Shown here: positions 1-10,052 of the stretch, in pieces
Layout: every line of letters starts with the position of its first letter
Numbering within the stretch: position 1 is the first letter of the stretch
DNA from: Terrimicrobiaceae bacterium
GTDB lineage: Bacteria > Verrucomicrobiota > Verrucomicrobiia > Chthoniobacterales > Terrimicrobiaceae
Length of the DNA stretch: 35,330 nt
Direction: 5' to 3'
NCBI GenBank assembly: GCA_044342325.1
Contig: JBIIPZ010000032.1
Location: 1-35,330, forward strand
Notes under the pieces: generated by a model
Seen by the model: the letters and a program-made list of their open reading frames with translations, nothing else
Databases searched by the model: none
Told to the model about the DNA's origin: nothing
Program-made: the position numbers and the translations under genes

Positions 1-415
1 GAACGGAATCCACCGCGTGCGCGATGTGAGCATGGGCGAAGACGCCTGCCACGTCGCAAATCCGAATGCCGCCCGCAACATGGTCAACTTGCGCAACCTC
101 GCCATCGGCCTCTACAACCGGCTCCGTGTTCAAGAGAAAACCAAAGCTCCGTCCCTGCCTTCCTGGCGGCGCTCTATGAAGGGCAGTGAAGCCCTGCGCC
201 ACATCCTGAGATGAAAAAGCGTCCCGTCATTCGAATGAACTTATGATGTAAAAAATCGCACATCGATCCCGAACGGCCCGCCTTCCAAACACCTTGGCGC
301 CGGATGCAACTCCTCCACGCACCCCGGCACGCCATCCCAAAAAGAGCTGGGAAAAAAATCCTGCCGCACGAGTGCGGTTTAAAAGTCCATAGCCAAATCA
401 GGTGAAATGGCTCTG
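1..415 (+). mobile_element. Right end of ISAs1-family insertion sequence; putative terminal inverted repeat ending ...GGTGAAATGGCTCTG at 401-415
   Basis: Transposase tail plus a downstream end resembling ISAs1 termini (CAGRGC on the opposite strand). The left end is outside the window, so the IR cannot be paired. Confidence 0.5.
2..214 (+). CDS. ISAs1-family (H-repeat) DDE transposase, C-terminal part; truncated by window edge
   Basis: Frame is open from base 2: NGIHRVRDVSMGEDACHVANPNAARNMVNLRNLAIGLY resembles the ISAs1 C-terminal motif (E)NxLHWxxDVxFxED...NxAxLRxxALNL. Confidence 0.8.
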   Translation, partial: NGIHRVRDVSMGEDACHVANPNAARNMVNLRNLAIGLYNRLRVQEKTKAPSLPSWRRSMKGSEALRHILR

Positions 416-472
416 CTCATTCCGGGATGCGGGGCGCTTGACGCTCAAAGCCCCATCTGCTGACATCCAAAA

Positions 473-2185
473 GTGTTCTCCTCTACCTCCAGCCTCAAAC
501 TTCAGGCAGACGTCCTAAGGGGCCGAATAGAAATTTCATACAAGAATCAGCTGCCCTGCGGAGGCATAATCCGCCTCCTTTGGGTTGCTTTGCTTTTGAT
601 AAACTTTGTGAATGCGCATGCTGAGAGTGAATTGCTCGCATTGGCCCACAACGACGTGGGGGTTCCTGAACAACATGTTCCGGGTCTTCGTCAGATGAGG
701 GCGGCGGATATTAATGCCATCCGGGATTCCGAAGGTCGCACGTTGCTGCACATTTCAGCTTGGCGCGGGCACCAGATCAGTTCCTTCGCGCTCCTTTCTG
801 CCGGTGCCAACATCAATGCCCGTGACGCTGCCGGGCGGACTCCCCTACATGCTTTGCTGAATCCGGTGCGGCCGCTGGAGCCAGATCTCAAGATGATGAT
901 GCTTGAAATGCTGGTTCTCGGCGGGGCGGATCTTAATTCTCGGAGCAACGACGGATTGACTCCATTGGCCTGTGCCGCCAGAGACGGTGATTTTGTTGTA
1001 GCGGAGTATCTTCTTTGGCGGGGTGCACAGGTGAATCCTCCTGGGGTTCCTCCTGAAAAACTCCCGCTAACCCTCGCAACGCAAGGGAAGTCTCCGGAAA
1101 TCGTCAAGCTCTTGCAGGAGATATGTCACACACACGAGAATGACAAACACCTGACTCCCCGCAGGAGAATTGCTGATGCCATTCTTGCAGCAGATCTCAA
1201 CAGTGTCATAGATGCCCTCAACAACGGGTGGGACGTCAATGAGAAGGACGCCAACGGCAAGACGGCACTCCTGCGCGCGGTTGAAAAACGAAGGGAGGCC
1301 CTTGTGAACTTGCTCGTGGTTGTTGGCGCGGATCCAAATTTGGGCGACAAGAGTGGGCGCACGCCGCTTATGGCGGCTCTGACCGAGCCCGGATGGCCGC
1401 AAGACCGCATGGCAATCAATCTCCTTCTGCGCGGTGCCAACCCAAGTGCAAAAAAATTTTCCGGCGAAACTCCGTTGACCGTTGCTGCTGAGGCTGGAAA
1501 TGATTGGGGGATTCTTCTTCTTGCGGCCGCCGGTGCCGATCCTAAGGAAGAAACAAAGAAAGGGAGTCTGGCCAATTGGGCGAGCCATCGCCCGACGGTC
1601 GGCATGCTTCGCAGGTTTGGGGTATTTCCTGATGAGGCCACGGCTCGCCGGGATAATTCACCGACAGCCATGCTGATCGAGGCAGCCAAAAAAGGCGATT
1701 TCGGGGAGGTGGCGCGCTTGCTTGACGCGGGATTGCCTCCGGATGTGTTTGTGGCAAAAAACGATCAACGCACAGCGCTTTCGTGGGCGGCAAATCACAA
1801 TCACTTCGATGTGGTTGATCATCTCCTCGCGCGAGGGGCCGATATCAACCGTCGCTCGGAAGTATTTGGCGAGCATCTCCTTCACTCCCTTGCCGGACGA
1901 TACCAACCGACCGATGATAATGAAGTCGGGCGGATGGCTGCGGAAATCATCCGCAAGCTTGTCGAACGCGGAGCCAAAGCGGATATCAGAAAAAATGACG
2001 GAACCACACCTCTGATGATTGCTGCCCAGTGCGGGGTGACGGGTCCGAACACGATTGCGCTTCTCGAGTCCGGGGCAGACATCAATGCCCGCAATGCAGC
2101 AGGTCTTTCTGTTCTGGGAATCGCTCGAAAATTCGGGCGCGAGGAAATGGCGGCCTTTTTGGAATCGCGCGGGGCGCGCGAGTGA
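473..2185 (+). CDS. Ankyrin-repeat protein, possibly exported
   Basis: Many GxTPLxxA..G...LL..GA(D/N)(I/P/V)N repeats (GRTLLHIS, GRTPLHAL, GLTPLACA, GKTALLRA, GRTPLMAA, GETPLTVA, GTTPLMIA). Hydrophobic LLWVALLLINFVNAHA near N-terminus. Start codon uncertain. Confidence 0.9.
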   Translation: MFSSTSSLKLQADVLRGRIEISYKNQLPCGGIIRLLWVALLLINFVNAHAESELLALAHNDVGVPEQHVPGLRQMRAADINAIRDSEGRTLLHISAWRGHQISSFALLSAGANINARDAAGRTPLHALLNPVRPLEPDLKMMMLEMLVLGGADLNSRSNDGLTPLACAARDGDFVVAEYLLWRGAQVNPPGVPPEKLPLTLATQGKSPEIVKLLQEICHTHENDKHLTPRRRIADAILAADLNSVIDALNNGWDVNEKDANGKTALLRAVEKRREALVNLLVVVGADPNLGDKSGRTPLMAALTEPGWPQDRMAINLLLRGANPSAKKFSGETPLTVAAEAGNDWGILLLAAAGADPKEETKKGSLANWASHRPTVGMLRRFGVFPDEATARRDNSPTAMLIEAAKKGDFGEVARLLDAGLPPDVFVAKNDQRTALSWAANHNHFDVVDHLLARGADINRRSEVFGEHLLHSLAGRYQPTDDNEVGRMAAEIIRKLVERGAKADIRKNDGTTPLMIAAQCGVTGPNTIALLESGADINARNAAGLSVLGIARKFGREEMAAFLESRGARE

Positions 2186-2247
2186 TTGGGCCTTAATTGT
2201 GCAAACCTGAAAAGAGTGGTGAGCCAAGAGTTCCAAGGCGGTGCGGC

Positions 2248-2275
2248 TTGAAACTTTCACGAGGCAGGATAGTTT
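2248..2275 (+). promoter_or_regulatory. Putative sigma70 promoter for resB-ccsA (TTGAAA-16-TAGTTT)
   Basis: TTGAAA 2248-2253 and TAGTTT 2270-2275, upstream of a GGAGG/TTG start. Confidence 0.3.
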
Positions 2276-2352
2276 CTGCGGGTCATGCCGTTTTTGTTGA
2301 GCACACCCGACATTTCGTTTCTGAAAAGCGCCGCATCCGGAGGGCGTGTCCT

Positions 2353-4131
2353 TTGACTGCGCTTGAGCGGAAGCGACTGGTCGAAGAGCGCAAAAAAAAC
2401 TCCTCGTTTTGGCGAGTTGTCCACTGGCTGGGTTCGTTGCAACTCGCCCTCATTCTCTTGGCAACAATCGCGAGTGCCTGCGCTGCAGCGACGATTGCCG
2501 AGTCGGAGTTCAGCACCAAAATCGCGCAAGTTTACATCTACAAGGCACCATGGTTCCTCGTCTGGTTGGCCGTGCTTTGCATCAACCTCTTTGCCGTGAC
2601 CCTGACCCGCTGGCCGTGGGAGAAAAAGCACACGGGATTTATCATCACCCACTACGGCATCATCACGCTCCTCATTGGTGCGATGGTGGGAATCCAGACG
2701 GGGTTTGAGGGAAATGTCACCCTTCACAAGGACAAGGGGCCGGTGCGCAAGGTGACGGTGAATCGCAGCATCATTCAAGTCGAGAGCCCGAACGACTCGG
2801 CGCTTTATGTCATGCCCTTCGACGCCTCCACAGCACGCCCGAGTGAGAAGCGTCCGCGCATTTTCGAAGTGCCACAGACAAACCTCCAGATTATCGCCGA
2901 CGGGTTCAGCGACAATCTCATTAAGGAGGAAACATTGGTCCCCTCCGACTCGGGCACTCCCGGCGTCATGCTTCGCTTCACCAGTCCGCGAATGGGGCAG
3001 AAACTTGAGATGCCGATCGTGCTGGAGGGCACGGCTCCCCAGGAGCGGGATTTTTCGGGGCTGGCGCGTGTGGTTTTTCAATCGGAACTCCCGCCGCCGA
3101 AGTCTGCCGGAGGTAGCGAGACGCAGATGGTGTTTGGAAAGTTTGCATCCGTCGTGCAAGGCGAGGCCAAGGCTTCCGGCATTCGAGTCATGCTGGGTGC
3201 GGATGGCAAAAAAATAACGATTGCTCCGCCAGATGCGGCGGCCGTGACGTATCTGCGTGAGGAGGTCATGAAAACGCCTATCGAAGCGGGCGGGGCGATC
3301 GTCACTTTGGAGGAATACTGGCCGGATTTCGAGATGGTTGGCGGGCGTCCAGTGACGAAGAGTGACCAACCAAACAACCCGGCTGCTCTGGTGCGGATTC
3401 AGAGCGCCCAGGCTTCCGAGGGGGACTTGAAGCCCGCGCTTCTCGTCGCTCCCGGCGAGGATGGCATCGCCTACCAGCTTCAGCGGAGTGGCGCCACTCT
3501 GGCTGCTGGAAGCGCCAAGGTGGGCGAATCATTTGCTACCGGCTGGGCGGATTGGCAGGTGGAGGTGCTGGGTTTTTATCCCCAAGCTGCCGTGCGCTCG
3601 ACCATGAAGCCCGGTCCGCCTTTGCCGAAGGGTGAGAATGCCGTTCCCGGTTTCCGGGCGAGGCTTGTCTCTCCAGAGAAGAAGGACTCCGAAACTCGTT
3701 GGGTCGCGAGTGGTGACATCACCTCGCTCACGGACGCTCAGAATGTCGTTCGCATCGGATACGGCTTGGAATTGCGCCCGATGCCGTTCGCCATGCGGTT
3801 GTTGAATTTCGAAGTTCCGCGTTACGAGGGCACCGAGACGCCATCGAATTTCATCGCAACGGTGGAGTTCAAAGAGGATGGCACCGGCTTCACTAAGACC
3901 GGCACAGCGCGAATGAACCACCCGGCCAGCTTCCCCGGCACAGTTCTGGCGAATTTCACCGGCATCAACTACAAGTTTTCCCAAGCCGAGTGGAACCCCC
4001 GCGACCTCGGCGAGACAACGCTCCAGGTTCTTTACGACCCAGGCTGGCTGCTGAAATGGCTCGGCTCGCTGGCCATTTGTATCGGCATCACCATCATGTT
4101 TTACTTCAAACCCAAATCCAAAGACGCATGA
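2353..4131 (+). CDS. resB: Cytochrome c biogenesis protein ResB/Ccs1 (System II)
   Basis: LGSLQLALILL..ATIAES, IYKAPWF, GFIITHYG, C-terminal ARMNHP..YKFSQA..DPG. Start reassigned to in-frame TTG 2353 with GGAGG at 2339-2343 (ORF track starts at 2197). Stop overlaps ccsA start (ATGA). Confidence 0.85.
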   Translation: MTALERKRLVEERKKNSSFWRVVHWLGSLQLALILLATIASACAAATIAESEFSTKIAQVYIYKAPWFLVWLAVLCINLFAVTLTRWPWEKKHTGFIITHYGIITLLIGAMVGIQTGFEGNVTLHKDKGPVRKVTVNRSIIQVESPNDSALYVMPFDASTARPSEKRPRIFEVPQTNLQIIADGFSDNLIKEETLVPSDSGTPGVMLRFTSPRMGQKLEMPIVLEGTAPQERDFSGLARVVFQSELPPPKSAGGSETQMVFGKFASVVQGEAKASGIRVMLGADGKKITIAPPDAAAVTYLREEVMKTPIEAGGAIVTLEEYWPDFEMVGGRPVTKSDQPNNPAALVRIQSAQASEGDLKPALLVAPGEDGIAYQLQRSGATLAAGSAKVGESFATGWADWQVEVLGFYPQAAVRSTMKPGPPLPKGENAVPGFRARLVSPEKKDSETRWVASGDITSLTDAQNVVRIGYGLELRPMPFAMRLLNFEVPRYEGTETPSNFIATVEFKEDGTGFTKTGTARMNHPASFPGTVLANFTGINYKFSQAEWNPRDLGETTLQVLYDPGWLLKWLGSLAICIGITIMFYFKPKSKDA

Positions 4132-5714
4132 CATCTCTCTTCCGCATTTTTGCCTTTGCCGCCGGACTTCTTATTTTTTGCAACGCCTCGCACGGGCTCG
4201 ATTTTACGGGCCTTGACTCGATACCGATCCAAGAGGGCGGGAGGAAAAAGCCATTCCTCGTTTTCGCAGATGAAGCGCTCCTGAGCCTCTCGGGCAAAAG
4301 CCGCTATGTGAAGGATGGCGTGAAGGTCAGCTCAACAGCGACGGTCGCCTCGCTCTGGCTCACGCCGGTCGGCTGGGAGGATCAGCCGCTCATTCTCATC
4401 GGGAACAAAAAATTCAAAGACCAGCTTGGTTTAGATCCCGCGAAAAAGCTTTTCAGCTACCGCGAAATGGCGGGGAATGACAAGCTCCGAAACGCCTTGG
4501 GAGAGGTTTCTGCCATCCGCTCGAAAAATCCCAAGGCCACTCTGGATGTGCTCCAGCGCGAGGCCTCCACCGTCGGCATGCGCCTCGCGGTTTTTGAGGG
4601 GCTCGTGAGCGGACGCTCCGTCACTCTGCTGCCGACAGGCGCCGCTGCATGGAGTCCCCTGAAGTCCGACGACGCCGCGCTCGCCAAGCTGCGCGAGGGA
4701 TTCCGCTCGAACAACCAAGCTGACTTCGACGCTGGGCTTGCAGAACTCCGCGCCGAGCAGGCGCGGGAGGAGGCGAGATTTCAGGCGGATGCCGGCAAGA
4801 TCGCTGTGGAGGTCTTTTACCAGAGACTTCATCCCTTCCGCTGGGCATGGATTCTCTATCTCGTGGCGGGAATCGGATTGCTGGTGGTTCCTGGAAAGGG
4901 CGGCTACGCGCTGGGCTGGGCATTCGGCCTCTGCGGCTTCTTGCTCCAACTCGCCGGCTTTGTTTTTCGAATCATCATTTCCGGCCGCGCGCCTGTGACG
5001 AACATGTATGAGTCGGTCGTGTGGGTGGCATTCGGCACGATTTTCTTCGCGCTCCTTTTCGAGGCGATCTATCGCAGCCGGTATTTCCTCCTCGGAGCCG
5101 TGCCTGTCGCAGTCGTCTCGCTCATCCTTGCCGACACGCAGCCAGTGATCCTCGATCGTTCGATCCACCCGCTCGTTCCGGTGCTGGCGGATAATTTCTG
5201 GCTCACGACCCATGTGCTGACGATCACGCTCAGCTATGCCGCCTTTGCTCTCGCGCTCGGTGTCGGCCATATCATTCTCGGAAAATCCCTGTTCGGTGGA
5301 AAGGCCTCACCGGCCCTGAACAACTACCTCTACCGCACCCTCCAAATCGGCGTGCTCCTCCTCGCCATCGGCACCATCCTCGGCGCCGTATGGGCGAACT
5401 ACTCCTGGGGCCGCTTTTGGGATTGGGACCCCAAAGAAACTTGGGCCCTCATCGCGCTTCTGGCTTATCTCTTTCTCCTCCATGGCCGCATCGCCGGCAA
5501 GTGGGGCGGATTTGGAATGGCTGTGGGTGCGGTGTTGGCTTTTCAATGCGTGATCATGGCTTGGTATGGCGTGAACTTCATTCTCGGCGTGGGACTTCAC
5601 AGCTACGGATTTGGAACAGGCGGACTCCCCGGAGCCGTCGCCTTCGTGCTGTGTGAAGTCGCTTTTGTCTCCCTGGCCTTGCTTCGCCAAAAGCGCGCAA
5701 AGAAAACCGCCTGA
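4128..5714 (+). CDS. ccsA: Cytochrome c biogenesis protein CcsA/ResC
   Basis: WWD signature WANYSWGRFWDWDPKETW, GRAPVTNMYES, WLTTHV, GVGLHSYG. ATG 4128 overlaps resB stop. Confidence 0.93.
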   Translation: MTSLFRIFAFAAGLLIFCNASHGLDFTGLDSIPIQEGGRKKPFLVFADEALLSLSGKSRYVKDGVKVSSTATVASLWLTPVGWEDQPLILIGNKKFKDQLGLDPAKKLFSYREMAGNDKLRNALGEVSAIRSKNPKATLDVLQREASTVGMRLAVFEGLVSGRSVTLLPTGAAAWSPLKSDDAALAKLREGFRSNNQADFDAGLAELRAEQAREEARFQADAGKIAVEVFYQRLHPFRWAWILYLVAGIGLLVVPGKGGYALGWAFGLCGFLLQLAGFVFRIIISGRAPVTNMYESVVWVAFGTIFFALLFEAIYRSRYFLLGAVPVAVVSLILADTQPVILDRSIHPLVPVLADNFWLTTHVLTITLSYAAFALALGVGHIILGKSLFGGKASPALNNYLYRTLQIGVLLLAIGTILGAVWANYSWGRFWDWDPKETWALIALLAYLFLLHGRIAGKWGGFGMAVGAVLAFQCVIMAWYGVNFILGVGLHSYGFGTGGLPGAVAFVLCEVAFVSLALLRQKRAKKTA

Positions 5715-5757
5715 CAACCCACCGCGTGACGGTCGCCTGATGCTCTGCATTTTCCCT

Positions 5758-5785
5758 TTGACAGAAAACGCGGAAGCGATACTTT
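5758..5785 (+). promoter_or_regulatory. Putative sigma70 promoter for tRNA-Thr/tuf operon (TTGACA-16-TACTTT)
   Basis: Perfect -35 at 5758-5763 and TAnnnT at 5780-5785 upstream of tRNA-Thr. Confidence 0.4.
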
Positions 5786-5921
5786 TCAAATCCCTGTCGG
5801 AAACAGGAGAGGACGCCAACCGCCCGTCGCAAATGCGGGAGCGGGTAGCGTCGTCGCCTTTTTCCACCGGGAAAACATAACGCAGGTCGATGTGCAAACA
5901 CCGCGGCTCCGGTCGCCAAAT

Positions 5922-5997
<76 letters not shown>

Positions 5998-6039
5998 CCA
6001 ACATCGTCCCGCACATAAAAAACCAACCGAAAAATCAAG

Positions 6040-7224
6040 ATGGCAAAAGAACAGTTCCAGCGTAATAAACCGCACGTCAACATCGGCACGATTGGCCACG
6101 TTGACCACGGTAAAACCACACTCACAGCAGCAATCACCACCGTTTTGGCTAAAAGCGGCGGAGCCACTGCAAAAAAATATGACGAGATTGACGCCGCTCC
6201 CGAAGAAAAAGAGCGCGGCATCACGATCAACACTGCCCACGTAGAATACGAGACTGCAAACCGTCACTACGCACACGTTGATTGCCCCGGCCACGCCGAC
6301 TACGTCAAAAACATGATCACCGGTGCCGCCCAGATGGACGGTGCGATCCTCGTCGTCAGCGCCGCTGACGGTCCGATGCCTCAGACCCGTGAGCACATTC
6401 TTCTCGCCCGTCAGGTCGGCGTGCCTTCGATCGTTGTTTTCATGAACAAGGTTGACATGGTTGACGACAAAGACCTCCTCGAGCTCGTCGAAATGGAAGT
6501 TCGTGAACTCCTCAGCAAATACGAGTTCCCAGGCGACACTATCCCAATCATCAAAGGCAGCGCCCTCAAGGCTCTCGAAGGTGACGCGGAATACGAAAAA
6601 GAAATCCTCGCCCTCATGGCAGCTGTGGACGAATACATCCCGCAGCCCGAGCGTCCGAAGGATCTTCCTTTCCTCATGCCCGTTGAAGACGTGTTCAACA
6701 TCGAAGGTCGCGGCACCGTCGCCACCGGCCGTGTCGAACGTGGCATCCTCAAGAAAATGGAAGAAGTCGAAATCGTTGGTCTTCGCGACACCAAGAAGAC
6801 AACCGTCACCGACATCGAAATGTTCCGTAAGCTCCTCGACAGCGCCGAAGCCGGCGACAACGTCGGTGTGCTTCTCCGTGGCACCAAGAAAGAAGAAATC
6901 GAACGCGGTCAGGTTATCGCCAAGCCAGGTTCGATCAAGCCCCACACCAAGTTCAAAGCCGAGGTCTATGTCCTCAGCAAAGACGAGGGTGGCCGCCACA
7001 CGCCGTTCTTCACCAACTACCGCCCACAATTCTACTTCCGCACGACTGACGTGACCGGAACTGTGAAATTGCCTGAAGGCGTTGAAATGGTGATGCCTGG
7101 TGATAACGTTTCCGTGGAAGTCGAGCTCATCACTCCAATCGCGATGGAAAAAACCATCCGCTTCGCTATCCGCGAGGGCGGCCGCACCGTAGGTGCCGGA
7201 CGCGTGGGTGATATCATCGCCTAA
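6040..7224 (+). CDS. tuf: Elongation factor Tu
   Basis: [29 protein letters not shown]-terminal [13 protein letters not shown]; 394 aa. Confidence 0.99.
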   Translation: MAKEQFQRNKPHVNIGTIGHVDHGKTTLTAAITTVLAKSGGATAKKYDEIDAAPEEKERGITINTAHVEYETANRHYAHVDCPGHADYVKNMITGAAQMDGAILVVSAADGPMPQTREHILLARQVGVPSIVVFMNKVDMVDDKDLLELVEMEVRELLSKYEFPGDTIPIIKGSALKALEGDAEYEKEILALMAAVDEYIPQPERPKDLPFLMPVEDVFNIEGRGTVATGRVERGILKKMEEVEIVGLRDTKKTTVTDIEMFRKLLDSAEAGDNVGVLLRGTKKEEIERGQVIAKPGSIKPHTKFKAEVYVLSKDEGGRHTPFFTNYRPQFYFRTTDVTGTVKLPEGVEMVMPGDNVSVEVELITPIAMEKTIRFAIREGGRTVGAGRVGDIIA

Positions 7225-7271
7225 CACCACAAGCGCCCGCCTTTAAAAAGCGGGCCGGAGTCAAATTCCGA

Positions 7272-7344
<73 letters not shown>

Positions 7345-7371
7345 TGGCTCCTTTTTAACAATTCAAACCCG

Positions 7372-7587
7372 ATGTTTTCAAAAATCCGCAAGTTCACCTC
7401 CGAAGTCCGGGTGGAACTCGGCAAGGCCCAATGGCCCTGGGATCCCAATGAAAAGGGATTTCGCCGATATAAGGAACTCACAGACTCCACAGTGGTCGTA
7501 TTTGTGGCCATGGTTCTCCTTGGCGGCTACATCGCATTCTTCGACTTCATTCTCATCAACGTGGTAGGTTTCCTGACCAACCCATAA
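7372..7587 (+). CDS. secE: Preprotein translocase subunit SecE
   Basis: EVRVELGKAQWP..ELTDSTVVVFVAMVLLGGYIAFFD, single TM, between tRNA-Trp and nusG. Start at ATG 7372 because the ORF-track start lies inside the tRNA. Confidence 0.92.
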   Translation: MFSKIRKFTSEVRVELGKAQWPWDPNEKGFRRYKELTDSTVVVFVAMVLLGGYIAFFDFILINVVGFLTNP

Positions 7588-7610
7588 CCCCCCAAACGGA
7601 ATTTTATAAA

Positions 7611-8174
7611 ATGGCTTTAGCCCCGAAAGATCAATGGTTTGTCGTTCATGTCCTCTCCGGACAGGAGCAGAAAGTGAAAGACAACATCGACCGCCGTATC
7701 ATCACCGATGAAATGTCCGACCTCGTCTTCGAGGTCCTCATCCCGACCGAGCGCGTGCAGGAAATCAAACGGGGCAAAAAGACCGAGACGACCCGCAAGT
7801 TTTTCCCGGGTTATCTGATCATCAATATGCACCTGCTCGATGAAAACAACCAGCTGGTCGAGAAGACCTGGTATTTCATCAAAGACACCGCAGGCGTTCT
7901 TGGGTTCGCCGGCACGAAAGACCGTCCGATTCCAATGCGTCCAAAGGAAGTCGAGGGCCTGCTCGCTCAGATCCGCGACCGCGAGGATACCGTCAAACCC
8001 AAGATCCATTTCGAAATCGGCGACAAAGTCAAAGTGGCCGACGGCCCGTTCCAAAACCAGAACGGCCTCGTCGAGGAGATCGACCCAGAGCGCGGAAAAC
8101 TTCGCGTATCGGTCAGCATCTTCGGCCGCGACACTCTCGTGGACCTCGAATACTGGCAGGTCGAAAAAGCCTAA
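7611..8174 (+). CDS. nusG: Transcription termination/antitermination factor NusG
   Basis: WFVVHVLSGQEQKV, KFFPGYLII, KOW motif GDKVKVADGPF, VSIFGR. Confidence 0.98.
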   Translation: MALAPKDQWFVVHVLSGQEQKVKDNIDRRIITDEMSDLVFEVLIPTERVQEIKRGKKTETTRKFFPGYLIINMHLLDENNQLVEKTWYFIKDTAGVLGFAGTKDRPIPMRPKEVEGLLAQIRDREDTVKPKIHFEIGDKVKVADGPFQNQNGLVEEIDPERGKLRVSVSIFGRDTLVDLEYWQVEKA

Positions 8175-8339
8175 GTCCTCTCGACTGAAATTTTCCCATC
8201 CGGCGGGAAGCAAAGTTTGCCGGAACCCATAGCCCGGATTCGTCCGGTCGAACCTCGCACGCGGTCGACGTGGCCGCAAGCCGCCCTCTCTTTCCTGCTT
8301 GAGGCCGGTGGCGAACCAAAACAAGGAACCATCAACCAT

Positions 8340-10019
8340 ATGTCAGCATTAAAAGAATTGATCGCCAACTCGGTCAAAAACTACCGCGAAGGTAGCATCG
8401 TCAAGGGCCACATCCTTGAGATCAGACCACGGGAATTCCTCGTGGATATCGGATACAAAAGCGAAGGCGTGATCCCCGCCTCGGAATTCGACGAACCCGA
8501 ATCCGTTGAACTCGGCGACGAAGTCGAAGTTCTCCTCGAACGCCTCGAAAATGACGAGGGCATGGTCGTTCTCTCGAAAGAGAAAGCCTCCCAGCGCCAG
8601 AACTGGGAAAAAATCGTTGGTGTTTTCAAAGGCGACGGCCTCATCAAAGGCAAAGTCCGCAGCGCCGTCAAAGGCGGCCTCACTGTCAATGTGGGCGTGG
8701 AGGCATTCCTCCCTGCATCCCAGATCGACATCGTGCCTCCAAAGGACCTCCAGCAGTTCGTTGGAAATACCTACGATTTCAAGATCGTCAAAATCAACGA
8801 AGACCGCAAAAATGTGGTCCTCAGCCGCCGCGAAATCATCGAGCAGGAACGCTCGGAGAAACGCCAAGCTTTCCTCGGTGGAGTCACCATCGGCGATAAA
8901 ATCGTCGGCACGGTCAAAAACATCACTGATTTCGGTGCGTTCATCGACCTCGACGGCATTGACGGCCTCCTGCATGTCACCGACATGTCCTGGGCCCGCC
9001 TCAACCACCCGTCCGAACTCATCAAAGTCGGCCAGCAACTCACCGTCCAGGTTCTCGACATCAATAAGGACAAAGAGCGCGTCTCCCTCGGCCTCAAGCA
9101 GATGCAGTCGAACCCATGGGACAAAATCGAAGAGCGCTTCCCCGTTGGTCAGAAGGTGTCCGGCAAAGTCACGAACCTCATGCCCTACGGCGCATTCGTT
9201 CAGATCGAAGACGGCGTCGAAGGTCTCATCCATGTGTCCGAACTCTCCTGGACCAAGCGCATCGCGCGTCCATCGGATGTCCTCACACTCGGCCAAGAAG
9301 TCGAAGCCCTCGTGCTCGGCGTTAACAAGGACGAGCAGAAGATCTCCCTCGGCGTTCGCCAACTCGAACCAAATCCATGGGACGAGATCGAGCTTCGCTA
9401 CATGATCGGTAAACAGGTCAAGGGCAAGGTTCGCAACATGACCGCCTACGGCGCGTTCGTGGAACTTGAGGAAGGCATCGACGGCATGATCCACGTGTCC
9501 GATCTCTCCTGGACCCGCAAGATCAATCATCCGAGCGAAATGCTCAAAAAAGGCGACGACCTCGAAGCCGTTGTCCTCGACATCGACAAGACCAACCAGC
9601 GCATCAGCCTCGGCGTCAAGCAGCTCGACCAAGATCCTTGGAAGGAAATCGACGGCCGCTTCCGCATCGGTGATCTCGTCAAGGGCACCATCACGAAACT
9701 CACCAACTTCGGCGCCTTCGTCCAACTCCAGGACGACATCGACGGGCTCGTGCACATCTCGCAGATCAGCGAAGACCGTGTTGAGAAAGTCAAGGACGTG
9801 CTCAAAGTCGGTCAGGAAGTCGAAGCCCGCGTCATCAAGGTGGACAAAGCCGAGCGCCGCATCGGTCTCTCGGTCAAAGCCGCCAACTACAGCGAGGAAG
9901 CTCTCCGCAAGGAAGCCGAAACCCTCGAAACCCTGCGTCCGGGCGAAGACATGGTCGGTCTCGACCAAGCCTTCCAGTTCGCGGAAGACGAATATCGTCC
10001 CGGCGAATCGAAAAAGTAA
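8340..10019 (+). CDS. rpsA: 30S ribosomal protein S1
   Basis: Six S1 domains (VDIGYKSEG, AFLPASQID, TDFGAFIDL..DGLLHVTDMSW, etc.). Start placed at ATG 8340 (ORF track 8217 includes leader). Confidence 0.97.
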   Translation: MSALKELIANSVKNYREGSIVKGHILEIRPREFLVDIGYKSEGVIPASEFDEPESVELGDEVEVLLERLENDEGMVVLSKEKASQRQNWEKIVGVFKGDGLIKGKVRSAVKGGLTVNVGVEAFLPASQIDIVPPKDLQQFVGNTYDFKIVKINEDRKNVVLSRREIIEQERSEKRQAFLGGVTIGDKIVGTVKNITDFGAFIDLDGIDGLLHVTDMSWARLNHPSELIKVGQQLTVQVLDINKDKERVSLGLKQMQSNPWDKIEERFPVGQKVSGKVTNLMPYGAFVQIEDGVEGLIHVSELSWTKRIARPSDVLTLGQEVEALVLGVNKDEQKISLGVRQLEPNPWDEIELRYMIGKQVKGKVRNMTAYGAFVELEEGIDGMIHVSDLSWTRKINHPSEMLKKGDDLEAVVLDIDKTNQRISLGVKQLDQDPWKEIDGRFRIGDLVKGTITKLTNFGAFVQLQDDIDGLVHISQISEDRVEKVKDVLKVGQEVEARVIKVDKAERRIGLSVKAANYSEEALRKEAETLETLRPGEDMVGLDQAFQFAEDEYRPGESKK

Positions 10020-10052
10020 GCCCTCGCGGCCACTTCCTTCGTATCTTACACG

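Noticed and set aside
2197..2352. N-terminal extension of resB in the ORF track (likewise for ccsA, secE, rpsA, actB, ccoO, GT2)
   Set aside because: The extensions overlap upstream genes, tRNA or promoter sequence; downstream starts with an SD or ATGA coupling fit better.
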